Shown here one piece after another: positions 36,001-51,990 of a DNA stretch of 64,000 bases (position 1 is its first letter; each line of letters begins with the position of its first letter). Source of the stretch: Eledone cirrhosa (taxonomy: Eukaryota); the NCBI GenBank assembly GCA_964016885.1, contig OZ024743.1, positions 229,524,001 through 229,588,000 on the forward strand, read 5' to 3'. The notes beneath the pieces are model-generated. The model was given only the letters and a program-made list of their open reading frames with translations, ran no database searches and was not told the DNA's origin. A program made the position numbers and the translations under genes.

Positions 36001-37263
36001 TTAGAAATAGAAACTATTCTTACTATTCACACTAACGGCCAGGGGAATATTTCGTTATATAATTAACTCTCTATAGTTATCTGCATCTGAGACTCCCTAA
36101 TGTGATAAAAACCCACAACATTGGCAATTCCAGTTCGAGTAACAGAAGTGGGAAGCATTCGTTGATGACATTTTTAAACTGATGTTCAGAACATAACAAA
36201 GGACCTTAAATACAATTATGATGGAAGGTTTTAAACTAAATATTATCAATTTAAAATAAACAGCTGCGCGTCATAGAGCTTATGGCTTTTTCAGGCGGTT
36301 TGTTATCAAGTGTTAATCCCAGGTCAACTCTGATCGAATAGACCTATGATAAAAGTCATATTAATGTCCTTTTTCGGGCATGAAGGACTACATTCTACGC
36401 ATATTTTAAAATATAATACAGTGCAATCTGAAGGAAATTTGGCTGTTCTCTTCAGCAGATCAGCTGCCATGAAAAGATTCCCTTGGCTAAATGCCAGTTA
36501 TTCTATCAGACGCTTTACTTTTAATATGATGGATTCTAAATCGGTTTCAGTTATGAACAATAATTTGTTTCTTCAACTGAACGACCAGGTCGTCAATTAA
36601 TGTGTACTTTTAACGTAATCCTTAAACCGATTCAGTGGGACATAATATATGACAAAGATGGAAGCTTGAATTAGAAGTACTATTGATCCGGCGGGATACT
36701 ATAGTCTCCGTCTACCCGATTTCACTCATGACCCAAGGGTATGGAAAATCATACTTGTCCAAAATGCCACGAACCTGAGATATCATGGCTGAGAAACGAA
36801 AGTTTTAAACACTCAGCTTTACTTGCGGAATGGATGGCTAAAATCATTAGCAGCGCCATCTGAACTTCAGTACTAAATGTTGAAAGAAATATAATCCCCT
36901 ACTTTAACATTCTATCACTTGCGCTATCTTTGTTTATATTAGATATTAAGTTGATATAAGTTGATATTTATGTTAAGCTAAGTATATAATAATGTTGTAA
37001 TCATAGATATATGTCGGCCATATTTGTTTGTCTGTCTTTTAAAAGTCTTTTAACTGACGATCGATCAATACTAAACTCACTAACTGTATCTGTGTGTTAG
37101 TGCGATGTCTGTGTGCAAGCACACTGGCAAGCTGGTTTGTATCTATTAATGTGGTGTGTATACATACGTACATTTACATATATACAAACACACACACACA
37201 CATATATGTATAGAATGATGTATGTCTCTTGTATACACCTTTATATATGTATGTATTATATAC

Positions 37264-37349
<86 letters not shown>

Positions 37350-37403
37350 TGTATATGTATAAGTATATATATATATACGTATATATATATATATAATATG
37401 TAT

Positions 37404-37435
<32 letters not shown>

Positions 37436-37659
37436 ATATATATATATATATATAATATATATGTATATATATATATGTGTATATATATATATATATGTAT
37501 ATGTGTGTGTGTGTATATGTATATATATATATATCGTATGTATGTATGTATGTATATATATTGTATGTATGTATATATACATATATATTCTATAGTGCTA
37601 AAGATCTATAACACACTGACCAACTGACTGTGTGCATAGGTATATATATATATATATAC

Positions 37660-37720
<61 letters not shown>

Positions 37721-39257
37721 TATTCTATAGAATCTTAAGATATATATTACATTGAATAGCTGTCTGTAAGTCTGATGTCTGTGTGTTCGTACAACACTGA
37801 ATGTCTAGTTTTTCTCTCTGTCTGTCTGTCTCTCTTCCTCTCTCCCTCTCTCACAACGACTGGCGTATGTGTGTGTTTTTGTCTATGTGTGTATAGTTCA
37901 TGTGTGCATATTATAACAGTACTAAAGAATGATGTATGTGAATGTCGTGCTGTGTGTGTGGTGTGTGTTATATGTGTACGATTGGTGCATGTGTATGTGT
38001 GCGTGAGCGATATGTGTATATATATATATGTGTGTGGTAGGTGCGTATTTTGGCGATTGGGTAGTGGTGTGTATGTGTGCTCTGTGTGTTTATGTTTGAG
38101 GTGTATATGTGGTGTGTGCGTACGAGGGAGAGTGTGTGGTGTGGTGTGGTGTGGTGTGGTGTGGTGTGGTGTGAGGTGTGTGTGCTGTGTGTTTATTTTT
38201 GTGGTGTGTGTATGTATGTCTGTGTGTGTTTTGCAGGATTTGGACTTCGTTCTACAGTTTATCTGTCTCTATTAATGTGATGGTGTGTAGTTGTCGACTC
38301 ATAATTAATGGATATCGCGTCGGTTCGGAGGAACGAGCGTTCAAGTTATTCAATCAACGTAACTAAGCTACTATTCATTGTAGTTTTACTGTAAATTCTC
38401 TGAAGTATTATCACAGACATTTTGTACTGCGGCAAATTGATTCGATAGAGTGTCAGATTAAATGTCTTGGTATTTGTTTCAGTTTTGTGCGCTCAGATTT
38501 CAAATCTCGCCGAGGTCAACGCTGCCTTTCATCCATTCGGGATCGATAAATAAAATACCAGTTTTGGGGACCATTAGATTGTTTAAGAATCGGACAGGAT
38601 GCTTTGTGGTGTGTGATCTGGTTCTCTGCATTCTGTGGTCAAATACCGCTAGGGATTGTAACTGTTAGATAGCATCAACAATAGAAAGACAAACGAAAAC
38701 ATGTCTTCCTTGGTCTGATCTGACAATCGGCTGTTTTCCTTTGTACTCTTCACGTATGATCAAGGTAAAATCAGCATGTCAGTATTTATGAAGAGATTGG
38801 TAAACAATTTCTACTACAACTGCAATCCATCCGTGAGACTTCCATACAATTTTCGTCTACCTAATTTTCGGAACATAGAGGCTAGAATGGAATTAAATGA
38901 AGCTTCGTTACTTTCGACGATGAGTCTTCAGGCTCCTCAAACAACAGAAAACCTGCTCGTTAGATTAGCCTGCATGTAACTTAGAATTCTACAGAAAAGT
39001 GTAACCATATCGTAATTCTCGTAGATATTCAGCGTGATAGAGTGAGTGACAAAGCGAGCCCTTTGATTAAAAAACAGACTAACCCAACAGGCTTCCATAC
39101 AAATTTCATGTACTCAATTTCATGCACTCAATTTCACCCCCCCCCCCCCCCCCCCACACACACATACACACACAGATATATATATATATATATGTATAAA
39201 CATATATATATATATATATATATATGTATACATATATGTATACATATATGTATATAC

Positions 39258-39760
39258 TTATATTTAAGTAACAGCCGTACTAAGAGTGGGAAATAAAATT
39301 TCGTTTCATTTTTTCGGTTTATCGTTTTCGGTGCACCCGGCCGATTAACCCACTCGATATGCAAATTGGGCTACTCAGCCGTTAATATGCATAAGGTAAG
39401 TATATACGTTCAACAATCTGGCAGGAAGGTATACGTTGCTGACGATAGTTAATAAGCTTGAATCTAGTACAGCGTTCCTTTGTCAGTGTTGAACAAACGA
39501 GCAACGATGGTTGCTGGACACTGTACGGCTTAATACGGGATGTTTGTTTACAAACACACCGAGCATTATAATAAATGTTCGGTGAATCCATACGTACATA
39601 TATATATGTGTGCATGTATGTATATATATATACATACTACTGTATACATATATACATATATACATACGTCTGTATACATATATGTATGTACGTCTACATA
39701 CTTTTATTTAAGTAACAGCCGTACTAAGAGTGGGAAATGAAATTTCGTTTCATTTTTTCC
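39258..39760 (+). repeat. ~55-bp direct repeat pair (about 39260-39315 and 39705-39760)
   Basis: TATTTAAGTAACAGCCGTACTAAGAGTGGGAAAT.AAATTTCGTTTCATTTTTT occurs twice. Confidence 0.85.
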
Positions 39761-39797
39761 GTTTATATGTATATATATATATATACATGTATATATA

Positions 39798-39839
<42 letters not shown>

Positions 39840-39971
39840 TGTATATGCACTTACAAATACGCTTGCATACCTACTTACACAGGCACTTGTAAGCTACGCA
39901 CACAATGTTTTACAGACATAATCAGAGATTCAATTTTTAAATAGTAGCTGGTAGCCTATATATATATATAT

Positions 39972-40516
<545 letters not shown>

Positions 40517-40861
40517 GTACACATATATATGTACACACACATATATATATTTATATATAAATGTATGTATATGTATGTACAAAATAAGACATTCAATTCA
40601 CACACCGCCATTAAATGAAAGAAAACCCAAATAACAAAAACAACAAATAATAAAAACATCAATAAAAATCAACTCAAATGAAATATATATGAGGAGTTCT
40701 CCATTTATCAAGAGACTAATTAGTAATTATGATATAATGCAAAATAAACTCCCCCCTCCGCTCACCTCATCGATTGGTTACCCCCACGACTTAACGATAT
40801 GATACTCATTAAAAAGAATATGTAGTTGTCATCGCATATTTAACCAATATCAATTAATTAA

Positions 40862-41047
40862 TTGTTTCTACTTTAGGCACAAGGCCAGCAAATAACCAGT
40901 GCATTACTGGTACTTTATTTTATCGACCCCGTAAGGATGAAAGGCAAAGTAAACCTCGGCGGGATTTGAACTCAGACCGTAAAGGGACGTAACTATGGTG
41001 GAAAGCATGGCGTCCGACCCTCTACCGATACTGCCAATCTACCACCC
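40862..41047 (-). mobile_element. tRNA-derived SINE (further decayed copies near 38492+, 46431-, 47421+, 54023+, 56112-)
   Basis: Same B-box, central CCTTTCATCCTTACGGGGTCGATAAAATAAAGTACC and GGCCTTGTGCC tail. Confidence 0.82.
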
Positions 41048-41116
41048 TTTATCAATTAATTAATGAGACCATCCCAGATTCATTCTCAAGTGTGTGTGAC
41101 ATTGCTCCGTGAACTT

Positions 41117-41167
<51 letters not shown>

Positions 41168-41224
41168 TATGTATATATGTATACATATGTATGCATATGT
41201 ATACATATATATATATATGTATAC

Positions 41225-41287
<63 letters not shown>

Positions 41288-41425
41288 TGCATGTGTATAT
41301 ATATATACATATATACGTGTATATATATATATACACATATGCATACATAATAAATATATATATATATATATATATATACATATGTATGCATATATATATA
41401 TATGTATACATATGCATAGATATGT

Positions 41426-41478
<53 letters not shown>

Positions 41479-41483
41479 TAAAT

Positions 41484-41523
<40 letters not shown>

Positions 41524-41671
41524 TGATGTGCACGCAGCAATGTCACACATATATATATACGCACACACACATATATATATGTATGCATCTATCTCTATAT
41601 AAATGTATATGTATATAGATGCATACATATTTATATATATCTGTACAAATACACACATACATATACACACA

Positions 41672-41763
<92 letters not shown>

Positions 41764-42179
41764 CTCTCTCTCTCCCTCCATCTCTTTCTCTCTCTCTCTC
41801 AAACACACACACAAATATACATATATTTACATATTTTTCATAAGTTTTCCCCTTCTGAATTCTGTTACTGTTCCATGCATGCTGTAAAGATCTCATGATG
41901 AAATACGTAAACATAAAAAAATATATTTATTCAAAACGTTACATCTAGAACATAGTTGTGATTTGAAAACTTATTTTAAAGAAAAAATAGCCATACACTC
42001 ACAAACACGCGCGCACAAATATATATATATATGTATATCACCTTGATCACCTTGACCGTCCAGAATATCGGGCGCCATTCGGCGCCGCTGGTCACATCAC
42101 GTGCTGTTTTAGCCATACGATGACGCCATCCCACTGGCTAGGCAGGCAGGCCGATATATGTATATATATATATTTATAT

Positions 42180-44692
42180 GCAAAACAGAGAGGCAGTACA
42201 AACCAAGGTTTATTAGTTTCACGCTCTTGAGAGTGGAGGGGTGGGGAACGAGGTACGGGCATAAACCCTTCTTCAGGAGAAAAGTGGGTGGGAAGAGAGT
42301 TCCGAGGGTGTGTAGGGGAGTGAAGGAGAGAAATTTAGAAAAAAGCGGGGGGGACGGTGGAAGGGGTACAAATAAAAATAAAAATAAATATGAAGATAAA
42401 CAAGTAGTGGAAGGGTGTGGGGCATGTAGGGGTGGTGGAGGGTGGAGTGGGGAGATGGAGGCGAGGTGTCCGAGCGGGGAGGGCTGAAGGTGGTGTTTGT
42501 GTATGTGTGTAGGTGTACGTGTGTGTGTGTGTATGTGAATGTGAGAGTTGGGGGAAGAACGGGGTTCATGGGAAAAGGTGTGGTGTGGGGTGGGGGTGTA
42601 GGTCGGTGTGTGTGTGCGTGTAGTTGGGGAGAGGTCAGATGGGTGAGGGAGGGCGGGGGAGAGGATTCCGGAGGCTGAGTGTGTATATATATGGGGGTAC
42701 GCACGTGTGTGTTGGTGTTTATACGTTTTGTGGAAGTTCCTAAGGTAGTTCCGTAGAGGATGTGAAGTGGTGCCGGATATTTTCCATGTTATGGAGTGGA
42801 TAGTGGGAACGATGGCCAATGATGTGTAATCCGTGTTTGTGGTAGTCGGAAGTAGGGAGATGTGGGGTGCACGCGCAACAGGAAGTGGTCAGAGGGTAAA
42901 GGCAGGATGAGGGTAGAGGAGAATGACAGGTGGAGAGGACTGTGTGTCTGTGTGTGCGAAGAAGCGGTCAGAGGTTCAAGGCAGGAGAGAGGTTGTATAT
43001 TAGTAGAAGTGTTAGTGGGATTTGTGTGTGTGTGTGAAGGGGTGTAAGTGGAGCGGGAGAGGGAGAGAAAAGGTGTGGGGGACGGTGGAGGGAGTGTAGT
43101 GTACTGGTGTGTGTGTAGGTGGTGAAGGGGTGTTAGTGGGTGTTAGTATACTGGTGGAGGGGAAACGGTTGAATGCGGGTGTGTTACTGGGGTCAGTGGT
43201 GGTAGGGTGTGTAGAGTGGGTGGAGTAAGTGTGTGTGGGTGTGTGTGTGTGTTCGTGTGCGTGGGGTCGGGGGGATGTTAGTGGTATTAGTTGTGGGGTG
43301 GTTGGAGTGGATGTGTGGGTGAGGGTTAGTGGTGGTAGTAGGGTGTGTGGATAGTGTGAGTGCGTGTATATATCTACAGGTGGGTGTGTGCGTGATAGGG
43401 GGGGGGGGGGATGTTAGTATTGTTAGTTGGGGGAGGGTGGTCGGGGGTGGGGTGTTAGTACTGTTAGTTGTGGGGTGGGCCAAGGGGGTGGGCGGTGAAA
43501 AGGAGGAGTGTGTTAGTGGTGTTAGTGGAGGATATGTGTGTGGGGGTGGGGGGCAGGGCTGTCGAAGGTAAAGGAATAGGGGTGGTGAGTTCAGGCCGGA
43601 GGGAGTGTGGGTCTGTAGGGTGAAGATGGTGCGTTTTTCGACCCTGAGGCGGGTGACGGGTGTTCTGTGGCATTGGAGTAGGCCACAGACTGTGAGGTGG
43701 TGCGCGGAATATCCAGGGGAGCCAAAGTGGCGGGCGATGGGGGAACTCCCGCCATCACGAGTATCCCGGAGGTGTTCGGTGAAACGCTCCGCCAGGCGAC
43801 GTCCAGTCTGTTCGACGTAGTTTGTTCGGCGAAGTCCATAGTCTAGGTTGGAGGAGGTGTAGCGGAAGGCATGCCGGACAGAGAGAGAGAGTGGCCGTTA
43901 GGACCCGGGAAGGTGGTGGTGTTGGTGATGTGGGGGAAGGTTTTGCTACGAAGCCTGGAACAAGGAAGGGAACCGGGGGGAGGGGGAGCTGAGGTGAGGA
44001 GGGTGCGTTAATTGCGTACGCGTTTGAAGGAGGGGAGTGGTGGGGGTGGGAAGATATTGGAGGTGGAGGGGTCGGACTGGAGGCGTCGGAAGAGGCGGAG
44101 GATGGTGCAGTGGAGGGGTAGGGTAGGTGATGGGGAAGGGGAGACGGTGGGTGGGTGTGCGGTGGCATGGGGTGAGGGTGGTGGAGCGGTGGACAGCACG
44201 GGCTCGAGTGAGGGCGGTGCGGACGAGGGAGGGGCGTAACCTCTGCGGATGAAATGGCTGACTAGGGAAAGGGCCTGGGACTCAAAGTCAGCATCTCCGC
44301 TGCAGAGGCTGCGGATCCTGAGGAGTTGGGAGTAGGGAATAGAGTGTTTAGTGTGTGTAGGGTGGGAGGAGGTGAAGTCGAGGTAGAAGTGGGAGGAGAT
44401 GGGTTTGAAGAAGGCGGAGGTGACGAGGGAGTGATGGGAGGGATCAATGGCGACGGAGATGTCTAAGAAGTGGACGTGGGTGGTGGAGATAGAGGTGGGG
44501 ATGTGGAGGGAGGGATGGAAGGAGAAGAAGAAGGAGAGAAAGGAGTTGAGCTGTTCTCGGATGAGGGTCGTGGCTCCGATACACTCGTCGATGTAACGAC
44601 CGTACAGTTCGGGTGTGGGGCCGATGTACTGGGCAAAGATTTGGGCCTCAACATGGCCAACGAAAAGGTTGGCATAATTTGGGCCCATTCTT
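42180..44692 (-). mobile_element. GC-rich Penelope-like element, 5'-truncated and decayed (RT C-half, GIY-YIG, 3'UTR)
   Basis: MGPNYANLFVG..GRYIDE..FLDISV..YLDFTSSHP..SIPYSQLLRIR. GRRLAERFTEHLRD near 43.78 kb. Degenerate CTGAAGAAGGG..CCC hammerhead near 42260. Confidence 0.85.
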
Positions 44693-44695
44693 GTG

Positions 44696-44748
<53 letters not shown>

Positions 44749-44787
44749 TAAATATACACGGGTCTGTATGATTGTGAATAGAAGATT

Positions 44788-45178
44788 ATATTAATAAAAG
44801 GAATTCCAACTTTGTCTGATTTACTCGTTTTATTTACAATCCTTTAAAATGTATAATGGTATTAGAATGTAATAGTATGGTAGAATATTAAATGTTAAGT
44901 GTTAATTGAACAATTACTTTCATGCTTTCGCAATCTTCAGGTTCATAATGTGTGGTGACAATCAAGTTTGCAATTTTCAACACAGTTGAAAATTGCAAAC
45001 TTGACTGTCACCACTGAATATGAACCTGAAGATTGCGAAAGCATGAAAGTACTTGTTCAATTAACACTTAACATTAAATATTCTACCATACAATTACATT
45101 CTAATACCATTATACATTTTAAAGGGTTGTAAATAAAACTAGTAAATCAGACAAAGTTGGAATTCTTTTTATTAATAT
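44788..45178. mobile_element. ~390-bp palindrome of a PLE-like terminal repeat with a hammerhead in each arm
   Basis: ~190-bp inverted arms around TTTTCAA-CACAG-TTGAAAA. Confidence 0.85.
45021..45059 (+). ncRNA. Minimal type I hammerhead ribozyme (mirror copy on - at 44907-44945)
   Basis: TGAAC-CTGAAGA-T-TGC-GAAA-GCA-T-GAAA-GTAC-TT-GTTCA. Perfect stem I, GNRA-capped stem II, palindromic AGTACT stem III. Confidence 0.75.
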
Positions 45179-45249
45179 ATATATATGTATGTATATTTAT
45201 ATTATATATATATATATATATATACATATATGTATATAATATGAATATG

Positions 45250-45287
<38 letters not shown>

Positions 45288-45298
45288 TATGTGTGTGT

Positions 45299-45377
<79 letters not shown>

Positions 45378-46599
45378 TGTTCGTGTGTGTGTGTGTGTGT
45401 GGGGAGAGAGAGAGAGAGAAAGAAAGTGCGTGTGTGTATGGAATATCTACTACAAAAATACTGCTCTCTATATAGAAACAAATCTAATATATATTTATCA
45501 TAATTAGTGCACATCTTTAACCAATGGTTTCATATACTAACAATCCCCCAGAACTGCAAGCAATATTTCTTAGTCTTATTTCGAGGCCAATGTGTATAGA
45601 AATATCTGAAAAAATGTTTGCAAAATATTCTGTAAAAGAATGAGAAAATATATGAAAGAAGCGAAGTGGTAGGGATGAGGTAATTCTGGTATGAAAAACT
45701 TCTAACCTGGAAAACAGACGGGCAAGTTATGACATTTAGTTTGCTTCCTACATCCATGAGAGTTAACAATTTTTCATTATCATCTTGTTAAAATATTAGC
45801 AATATAAACATTGACATGTTGGCATACACGGTCTTGATGAAGTGATTTATCAGCGTTATGTACAGTTGGGTACTTACATGAACGATTATATACACACTTG
45901 TTAATAATTATAACACAAGCATATCCACATACCAAGTAGATGCACACGGAAGAGAAAACTATATTAACTATAACGTAAATTATTTAGATTTTCAAGATAA
46001 ATTACACTTCTCCTGGCCTTTACATTTTGAGTTCAAATCTTGCTAGGGTCTAAATAGTCCAGTAAAATGCCATTACTTTGTCCTTGGGTGCGGATACAAA
46101 TTTCAGAGACTCTGAAAGGGGTCATTGACACGACCCTCGCATCCCTAACTAAACAGTAAAAGAGAAAATGACAACAAGACAAGCAATATGGGATCGATCT
46201 ATTTGTCTACAACAGATTTCTCGAAATATGTGACACCATCACGATTGTCGTTATATTTATCGCCATCGGAGAAAGAAGCACTGACAAAACCTATAACCTA
46301 TGATCGACTTCTCAATTTCATGACGTAGTTGGATGAATGCAACTTATATAAAATTAGTACTCGTCGATAGAATAAACATTATATCCAGCGCTCTACAGAC
46401 TTTACCTTTACTACACTATCGCTATAATAATTGTTTCTACATTTGGAACAATGCCACCAATTTGAATGGAAGTGGGAAAGTCGGTTAAATCAACCCCAGT
46501 ATGTTACTGGTACTTTAGTTTATTGATCACGTACGAATAAAAAGCAAAGCGATCCCCGGCGAAATTTGAACTGAGAACATATAGAGCCGGTAGGATTGG

Positions 46600-46938
46600 A
46601 GGGGGAGGAGGATGAGAAGGAGGAGGATGAGGAGGAGGATGGGGAGGAGGAGGAGAAGAAGAAGAAGAAGAAGAAGAAGAAGAAGAAGAAGAAGAAGAAG
46701 AAGAACGACAAAATCAGCATCCGATATCCGTAAACAGATTTGCGTATTTAATACCGATGTCCAAATATTTTTTCACTAGTTAAACTATTAACACGATATG
46801 AAGCTAAACACACACACACAAACGCACACCTACGCACACATTCACACACACTCGTACACACGTGTAGGCCCTCCCTCGAGACCCGAAAATACACATACAC
46901 TATATACATTTACATACACACACACAAACACACACACT

Positions 46939-47014
<76 letters not shown>

Positions 47015-47050
47015 CTGTATATATATATACATATATACATATATATATAC

Positions 47051-47110
<60 letters not shown>

Positions 47111-47700
47111 TTATGTGTATGAGTAACTGTAATGACGATTCATCATGTGTGTTCGCTACCAAATATTCGAAATCCTTAGGGTGTAATTAAAGATTTTTCC
47201 TTAATTAAACACATGTCAAAAGCTTCCTGAGCCTTTAAAACAACACCCAACTATTGCTCCTTCAACCTGTTATGTGTTAGGTACAAACATTATGCATGCT
47301 ATTTGAAAGATTATTTGATTAATATTTAGAAAATAGAATGTCATAGACATTTGACATGGAAATAAATTCGTTTTTTTCTTCTTTTTAATCTCTGAATGTA
47401 CGGATGTATGCATGTATAGCGAGCGAATTGGTAGTGTTATTAGCATGTTGGACAGATTAGGTGGCGATATTCGTTCGCATCCTCTGAATTCCGAGTTAAA
47501 ATCCCACGAAGAGCAGCTTTATTTCTCACCCTTTTGAGGTCGATAAATAAAGTATCAGTGATATTCTTCTTCTTCTTCTTCTTCTTCTTCTTCTTCTTCT
47601 TCTTCTTCTTCTTCTTCTTCTCCTCCTCCTCCTCCTCCTCCTCCTCCTCCTCCTCCTCCTCCTCCTCCCCCTCATCATCATCATCATCATCATCATCATG
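46600..47700. repeat. Trinucleotide microsatellites: (GAG)(GAA) 46600-46704 and (CTT)(CCT)(CAT) 47563-47700
   Basis: Directly visible. Confidence 0.9.
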
Positions 47701-48589
47701 ATAATCATGATTTTCTTAACTCTGGTTATTTCCCGGGATACCATCCATAAATATGTATATGTGCGTGTGTGTGTGTTTGAAATATATCACGCAAATACAT
47801 GTATGTGTGTTTCACAAATTTTTGCCAACAGAGAGAGAGAGAGAGAGAGAGTCGGTTTCTAGCATAGACACAAGACTCTCTCATTGGAATTTACACAACA
47901 TCATCTAGGTAGATATGTATGCATGTCTGCATGCATGCATGTGTAAGTATGGATGTTATTGTATGTGTGGATGTGGATGTTTTGAGTTGTATGTGTGCAT
48001 GTTGAGTTGTATGTGTGCAGTTATTAGATGCAACATTTTTGGAATGTTTTACATATTTTTACTGTTCCATTAATGGATTGTAATTTCATAACTAGTTGTA
48101 TTGTATGTATGTATGTATGTATGTATGTATGTATGTATGTATGTATGATGAAGTGGCATTCCAGTTATTGAAGAACAACTTTTAGCTACATAACTCGAAG
48201 TGAGAGGGAAATAGGGAGAGAGTGGTTGGGAGAGATACAGAGATTAAGGAGAGTAATTGAAGAATTTAGCGATCAAGGGATCTAGATTTGTGAGGCATCC
48301 TGTTAGAAATGGTAGAGACAATATCAGGGTCTGTGGCCTTGTTGGTTTGAACGACCTGAGATGATTTCAAATTTGGCATGTAGCGGCACCTGATACGAAA
48401 TATGTTGAAATCTAAAGGGGTAGTTTTGGTGGGTACAGACTGATATATTTACTAAGATATCATCGTCTAAATCATAGAAGAAGTTGCTGTAACCCGGCCG
48501 CAGCTCGTGACTGAAATCAATACTAGAATATATACACGCAGGCACACATACAGTCACACACAGACACACACACGTACACAAACATATAT

Positions 48590-48680
<91 letters not shown>

Positions 48681-48681
48681 G

Positions 48682-48742
<61 letters not shown>

Positions 48743-49124
48743 GGTAGGTAGACAGATATCAACGCAGAGATATATTTATTTATTTAATTATTTCTTTGCC
48801 GAGGTCAGAAAAAATTACTTAAACCGTCGATCTAAAATTTTGCATTATCACCCCTACCCGGGATAAAGACAAAATAAGCTAACACCCAAGCGAACATATT
48901 TCTGGATTATTGATTACAGGAAACATGTGTGTTATTCCCTGTGGAACACCATCCTGTGACTCATAGACCCGAGTTCACATTTTGCCACTTGCCCCCTAAA
49001 TTTATAACGAACATTATGAGAAGGACCTCTCTCTCCTACAAGTGCAATTACACGCTAACAAGACCACGTCACGACGGGAAAGTAATGGCATTTGATGACG
49101 TTTCTGTTACGTACTTGTGTACTT

Positions 49125-49155
<31 letters not shown>

Positions 49156-49194
49156 GACGTATTGATGACGTTTCTGTTACGTACTTGTGTACTT

Positions 49195-49791
<597 letters not shown>

Positions 49792-49796
<5 letters not shown>

Positions 49797-49978
49797 AACG
49801 AGTAAGACCCCGACGGCTGAGCTCAAGCCGTTTCGACGGCTAATTCTGAATTACCCGTCGAAACCGCTTGAGCTCAGCCGCCGGGGTCTTACTCGTTCCT
49901 ATTACCCACTCTACTACCCTAAGTATTGAGTACTTTGGTGAGTTATGGTCCACCTGGTTTCTTACCACATTTCCTTTG

Positions 49979-49980
<2 letters not shown>
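49792..49980. mobile_element. Fold-back family X, copy 3
   Basis: Palindrome 49792-49902 plus the same tail as copy 1, (TA)n flanks. Confidence 0.8.
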
Positions 49981-50041
<61 letters not shown>

Positions 50042-50300
50042 TATCAGTGCTCTGAAATAGCGATGTATGTATGAATGTATGTATAGTATATTTGATAATA
50101 TGCTGTATGTTTATTTTAAAATATTTTGAAGACCATTCCCTATGAGTTTTAAAGTAGTGACTACGTCACTTACTTAGGCTTGGCGAAAACAAAGGGAAGC
50201 AACCGAAGGCTATTACTCGCTCGTTAGCGGTTATCAAGATTGCATATCCCTTCGCTTTCGTCGAGACTTATAGAAGCTGGATTCTTATAAAATTCCAGTG

Positions 50301-50360
<60 letters not shown>

Positions 50361-50965
50361 AGGATGAATATAAAATGAAAGTGCTTTTTTTAAAAAGGAA
50401 TTTATTAGGTATTGACATATGTTTCTGTAACAGACGGAATACCTATGTATCGCTGCTTGCGTAATCATATAATGTTAGCAAGTATTCGATAGCAAATGTA
50501 TAATCAGTTGTCACTTCTTCAGAGATTTTGGATAAATTGGATAAAATCAGAAAAATTGAAGTATTTATATTAGTAATAGAGGAAGAAAAAGAGGGGATAG
50601 TATATGACAGATGGTAAATCAATTTACTGCTAAATAAGTATATAATGGGTTTCTAATGAGAATACCATGAGTAAATGGTTCATTTTATCTAAATATGAAT
50701 TTTTGGGAGTGCCAATTTTAATCTCTACTTGACCAATTGGACAGTGGACAGGGCTGGTCATTTGGTGTAGTAGTATTAATTATAAAGTGTCAATTGGGGA
50801 AGGGGGAGATTTCGATTGCTACTGAATAACATCAATCTTAGTAGCCAGCTGGTATATGCATTAGGTAATTGAATCAAGAAATCAGAAATCTCATTTTATC
50901 TATAGCAGTTTATATTAAAAGGTAAATAATAGAAGAGTTGATAGAATTATATATATATGTATATG

Positions 50966-51188
<223 letters not shown>

Positions 51189-51189
51189 G

Positions 51190-51655
51190 CAAAAGTTCTA
51201 TTTAAAATTGTTGGGATACAACAAGTAAATATTTTTATAACTGATATAAAGCACTCGACAAGTATTTGGAGTAGATATACGATATTAATAAATGGAAACT
51301 ATATTTATAAAACCATATTTATTTCATTATACATATTTCAGGGATACCAAATTAAATTATGGTATGCTCTCATCAGACAAAATACAATATATAACAGTTT
51401 TACAAATAAGCTTTGACGTACCCTTCTAATTGTCCTTAACACTATGACTTATTAAACTAATATAAACAACTCACTATCCGGATGGCTTCCAAAAATAATG
51501 GTTGCATTTTAAAAGGGTACGTCAAAGCTTATTTGTAAAACTGTTATATATTGTATTTTGTCTGATGAGGGCATTTAATTTGGTATCCCTGAAATATGTA
51601 TAATGAAATAAATATGGTTTTATAAATATAGTTTCCGTTTATTAATATCGTATGT
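51190..51655. mobile_element. Fold-back PLE terminal repeat with hammerheads (homologous to 61965-62235)
   Basis: Inverted arms ~51277-51425 and ~51513-51652. CTGATGA..GAAA in both arms. Confidence 0.8.
51555..51610 (+). ncRNA. Hammerhead motif (mirror copy on - at ~51317-51385, third copy on - at ~62085-62152)
   Basis: TATTTTGT-CTGATGA-GGG..CCCT-GAAA-TATGTA-TA-ATGAAATA. Stem II ATACC/GGTAT in the mirror copy versus ACACC/GGTGT at 62.1 kb. Confidence 0.65.
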
Positions 51656-51656
51656 A

Positions 51657-51710
<54 letters not shown>

Positions 51711-51713
<3 letters not shown>

Positions 51714-51847
51714 CGAAGGAAATGTGGTAAGGAACCAGGTGGACCATAACGCACCAAAGTACTCAATACTTGAGGTAGTAGAGTGGGTAATAGTCCAGAA
51801 TTAGCCGTCGAAACGGCTTGAGCTCAGCTGTCGGGGTCTTACTGGTT

Positions 51848-51852
<5 letters not shown>
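51711..51852. mobile_element. Family X, copy 4 (inverted halves without duplication)
   Basis: Tail in one orientation joined at GGGTAA|TAGTCCAG to the head in the other orientation. Confidence 0.78.
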
Positions 51853-51899
<47 letters not shown>

Positions 51900-51990
51900 A
51901 CGATCGTTTATGGGATATATATGTGTATGTTGGTATGTATATCATATTAAAAATCTATGTAAAATAATATTACAAATTATCAGAGGAATG

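Noticed and set aside
44788-45178. MITE or miRNA precursor explanation for the palindromes
   Set aside because: Arms carry hammerhead motifs, and comparable palindromes match PLE termini elsewhere in the window. No defined TIR/TSD pattern.
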